Shown here: piece by piece, positions 59,622-64,000 of the stretch
Layout of the letters: every line of letters starts with the position of its first letter
Position numbering within the stretch: position 1 is the first letter of the stretch
DNA from: Eledone cirrhosa
Lineage: Eukaryota
Assembly: GCA_964016885.1 (NCBI GenBank)
Contig: OZ024740.1
Location: 71,672,001 to 71,736,000 of the forward strand
Direction of reading: 5' to 3'
DNA: 64,000 nt
Notes under the pieces: model-generated
The model's input: only the letters and a program-made list of their open reading frames with translations
The model's database searches: none
Told to the model about the DNA's origin: nothing
Translations under genes and position numbers: made by a program

Positions 59622-61986
59622 TATAGCGAGATACTGGGTTGTATGAATGTAACAAGGAGACATGGTTTGTGTGTATAATATTTAATTAACAATCATGGAT
59701 ATATATAGAACAGTATAGTTGACATGTCAAAGTAATAGATGATAGAATGAAGCAAAGTTAGTAGTTACCGTTTTGATTGCCAGGCAAACGCGAGACGCCT
59801 GGCGAAGGCCAGGCGCCGGAAGGGCAAATGAGAGGGAGAGAGCCAAAAGCTATTCGTTTTATAGGGCTCTGCCGGAAGTTACAGAAAGGGTTCTACTTCC
59901 CGTCTAGATGCTAATCTATTGGGGTTGTGAGTCACAACAAGGGAGGCTACTGCTACATAACCTCCCGCCAGAATTTTAGAATATAAAAATCGAATGAAAT
60001 ATGTAGCAAGTTGGCGAGAATGTTGTAACAGGCATGAAAATTACGACAAAAGAATGTTTGCAAAAATCAATGATAGATATCAAGGTAGCCAATCGCTCTT
60101 GGCCAGAGAACGACTGGACATCTATCTATCCATCACCCAAAGATACAATGTAATAAAGTAAGAGAAGAGCTCAAAGTTCAAATGTACAAAATATAGTTCA
60201 CAGGTGTGCAATCACATGACAGCAGGAAAGAAAGTGTGTTCCAGAGAATGAATGCAGGTGGTTTCCGTTCTGTGGTATATCGTGAAATTTCCAACCTCCG
60301 AATGGATTTTCTCACAGGAAGAGTGCTGCAAAAATAAATTCTCTGGCTTGTTCTGCTGGTTTTGGTTGTTGGTGAAGCTGTGTTGCTGTCTCGCGGAGTG
60401 AGCGTATTCGGTGTTTAAATTCACAGTAAAAAAATTTTTTTCAGAAAAAATGAGTTGCGCAAAGTGCTAGAAATAACAGCCGAAGTTGATGGTCGATGTT
60501 GAGAATGCGTTGACCTGGAAGGGTCAAGAGGCCAGCGACCAAAGAAATAAGCATTCTGAATAAATGCGCAGTTTTCAACGGCAAATTTACGTGGTAAATT
60601 TTTTAAACCGGCAAATAGGAGAATATAGCTTAAGGCTGAAGAATCCTTGGCGAGAAACGTTATCTCTGGCGTGCGGCTATCTCTGTGAGTCGAGATATCT
60701 CCGTGAGTTGAGAATTTGTGCTGCCTACACGTGCCAATACAAGGTTAAGTTAGGTTGAAAAAAATAATATTTCTAACGCGCGAGAAAATGATAGTGCAAG
60801 TGTGAAAGTGACAATGATGAAAAAGAAAGGCTTCACTCAGCATAATTATTGGTGTGAACTTTGGAAAAAAAACTTGAACGATGAAGAAAACGATGAAAAA
60901 AAAAAAAAGGCAATGGTTCATCGAAAATAAATGTTCCTGTTGAAATGTTTTTTAAAGAATATCAAATTTCTTTTTTTTTTTTTTGTTTTGAAAGTGTTCG
61001 TTGTAAGAAACGAGAAACATATATATATATATATATCGTGAAATGCGACAGTTAGTTGATGCGTGAGAGAAAAAGTCTGTCTGTGCGAAAATGTCACATG
61101 TGCGTGGTGTGTTCGTTTCTTTTACTGAGTATTTTCATAGTTTGTCAATAAATTTGCTGTGTATTCGTAATGTTACTCACACAACACCAGAATCTGCTAT
61201 TTTTTTCTTTTTTGGGGGTGACCACTTATAGCGATGAACGGCTGCGTGTTCGCATCACGTCAGGGTTACCAATATAGCGAAGAACTAGCGGTGTATGAAT
61301 GTAACAAAGAGACATGGTTTGTGTGTATAATATTTAATCAAGTATTTAACAGTATAGTTGACATGTCAATGAATAAACGAAAGAATGAATCAAAGTTAGT
61401 AGTTACCGTTTTGATTGCCAGGCAAACGCGGGACACCTGGCGAAGGCCAGGCGCCGGAAGGGCAAATGAGAGGGAGAGAGCCAAAAGCTATTCGTTTTAT
61501 AGGGCTGTGCCGGAAGTTACAGAAAGGGTTCTACTTCCCGTCTAGATGTTAATCTATTGGGGTTGTGAGTCACAACAATGGAGGCTACTGCTACATAACC
61601 TCCCGCCAGCGATGAACGGTTGCGTGTTCGCATCACGTCGGGGTCACCAATATAGCGAGATACTGGGTTGTATGAATGTAACAAGGAGACATGGTTTGTG
61701 TGTATAATATTTAATTAACAATCATGGATATATATAGAACAGTATAGTTGTCATGTCAAAGTAATAGATGATAGAATGAAGCAAAGTTAGTAGTTACCGT
61801 TTTGATTGCCAGGCAAACGCGAGACGCCTGGCGAAGGCCAGGCGTCGAAAGGGCAAATGAGAGGGAGAGAGCCAAAAGCTATTCGTTTTATAGGGCTCTG
61901 CCGGAAGTTACAGAAAGGATTCTACTTCCCGTCTAGATGTTAATCTATTGGGGTTGTGAGTCACAACAAGGGAGGCTACTGCTACA
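59622..61986 (-). mobile_element. Non-autonomous three-LTR element
   Basis: LTRs 59622-59957, 61273-61595 and 61651-61986; CTAC TSD; PBS and PPT present twice; no coding capacity. Confidence 0.93.
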
Positions 61987-61999
61987 CTACGGTACCAAC

Positions 62000-62338
62000 C
62001 TCTTCGCCGTCAAACCCACAAACTACTGCCCGCAACGAAAAAGAGAGGAAAATGATCCAATACCAGGCATTGACTGGTTATTTCCTTTTTGCGCCGGACG
62101 ATATTGAGACTTCCGATGTCCTCGGTCCCTGGACTATCATTTTCCTTTGCTAAATCGGGAGGATCATATCTGAGGAAGAGATCCTGGTGGAATGGCTTAT
62201 GTAGCCGGTATCGCTGGCTATTTGCCGGCAGTGTTTTCACCATCTTGTCCGCTGGCTGCTGCTGAAATATGCAGCCTAGCCGAGAGTATAGGTTTCCTCC
62301 TCCCCTTTACACCTGTATATGTGTATTTGAATAAAATA
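62000..62338 (+). mobile_element. Old 3' fragment of a CRE/REL-type element
   Basis: EKERKMIQYQAL...YFLFAP..IETSDVLGP resembles the REL C-terminus. Confidence 0.5.
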
Positions 62339-63651
62339 TATTGTCGTTTAGCCCCAGGTCAGTCCTGACTGAACAGCAGATCAATGATCAAAACGCTTCG
62401 TATATCAAGAACAACATTTCCAACAAATGTTTCTAAGACGGTAGTGTGATTTGAAGAAGATTTAGCTGTTATGTCTAGCAGTTCGAGCAACAGCGTAAAA
62501 GCCTCTATCAAGCATCATCAATAATTGACTGTATCGGTCGCCGACTCCCAGCCCATTAGCGCAGTTCAGAGCGGACATTTCAATGAATGAAACAAAATTT
62601 GCAGGAGAACTCTCCTAACTCTTAGAAAAAAAAAGAGCCGAAAGTTAAATGAAAATGGCGCAGTATCTGTAAGATCTATTTAGCGGCGGAACATACACCA
62701 TTTGTGTTTGATATATATATTCTGGTGAGCTTTTTAGACTTTATTTATTGTACACTGGAAACTAACCCATCTGGGAAAATACTGAATGCACTATACCCAT
62801 AATTGGATTTATACAGAAATGCTGTCGTTAATATTTAATCCATGTATCGTTGTGCCAGTGTTGAAATTATAGCTTGTGTAAGCTGTTCTTTCCAATAATT
62901 CTTGTTAAATATTTTTTCTCCGCCTCACCCACCGATATGTATCAACAGTACATTTTCTAAAATCGTTTTCTTTTTCTTATTTCAACTTCCACTCATTAAA
63001 TGAATACTAATTGGGTAGATGATTTGATCATATACCGGATAAAGAATTCAATAAACAACAGATTCGTATATTTCTATAAATATCGATTACCTTCAATTTG
63101 TATCTAAATCAGTTGCTTCGTTCGATGTATCTCTATATTATATCTTTTTACAAGATAAATATGTTTTTTTTAAAATATTTTAAGAGCCACTAGAAACCTA
63201 ATATAATTTTATTGGATACTTCGATTTAAAAAAAAAATATTTCCTTGTTCTTATTTTGGTAATATCTCGTAAATTTTTGCCGCAACTTTATTTTGCATAT
63301 AAATAAACATAGTTTTACTCTTTGATTCATCAATAGCACTGTTTGAATATAACTTTGACAGAATCATCTATTTTCATTTTAAATCTGAAAAAGTTGTACA
63401 AATTTACTAAGCTTCAATGTTGTAGGATAAAATTTCAACATCTTAAAAAATATTAAATAAAGATCAATCCATCAATAATGTTTAAATATCCATCACATTG
63501 AAGGATAAACATATATATAATCTATTTTTTTTTTAATCTAAAAAATGTAGAAATTTATTAAGCATGAGTGGTGTAGAATAGAATGCCAATTGTTGGTTAC
63601 AAGATCCAAAACCATTTAACATTGCCAATTTAGTTCTACTGCCGTCTAAAT

Positions 63652-63884
63652 CAGCGGTTCCCAACCTTTTTCTACCAAGGATCCCTTTTATTTAAATGGA
63701 TTTTCCCACTGACTCCCTGGTATAATTACTCCTGTCCTAAATTATTATACAGCGATAATAATAACCGAAAGAGAGAAATGTTTATACTTAGAAAATAATG
63801 GATACCCAATAGTGTGTATATATTGTTTGTAACAATACTTGAAATGTGGAAATTAACTAATGTACCCCAGGTTGGGAACCGCCG
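63652..63884. mobile_element. hAT (Charlie-like) MITE
   Basis: TIRs CAGCGGTTCCCAACCT / AGGTTGGGAACCGCCG; degenerate 8-bp TSD with central TA. Confidence 0.8.
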
Positions 63885-64000
63885 GATTAAAGTTTTCCGT
63901 CGTTGAGAAATAATCTCCCCGCTCCTTCAATGTGAAGTTTATTTTCAAACTTAAATTATCAAATAATAACTACATCTCTAAAATATTGTTGTTGTTTAGC

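Noticed and set aside
61618-61649. tRNA-Trp gene
   Set aside because: Only the 3' 32 nt with encoded CCA, next to an LTR; it is a primer-binding site.
62520-63600. Possible promoter (AAAATGGCG, YY1-like) and coding-looking AT-rich sequence
   Set aside because: No ORF, exon chain or recognisable protein motif to support a gene.

Overview
AT-rich, repeat-dominated animal genomic DNA. The SINE/RTE repertoire resembles octopod cephalopods (inference, not verified). One host gene is supported: the 5' part of TEX10/IPI1 on the minus strand, with four phase-compatible coding exons, a candidate 24-nt microexon and a probable non-coding first exon near 26.3 kb; the gene runs off the left end. The rest is mobile DNA: (i) a deleted piggyBac nested in a TTAA MITE; (ii) RTE LINE pieces and tRNA-derived SINEs; (iii) a 30-41.6 kb cluster of Penelope-like (Naiad-type GIY-YIG) elements and small non-coding partners inserted in (TA)n tracts, carrying seven type I hammerhead ribozyme cores, three of them with an unusual CCGAAGA core, plus remnants; (iv) four related Ty3/gypsy LTR elements, three with a tRNA-Trp-type PBS, including a three-LTR non-autonomous element with a 32-nt tRNA-Trp copy mismatched exactly at m1A58; (v) CRE-like non-LTR elements, one showing a twin-priming-type inversion. 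All calls were made by eye, with no database searches.
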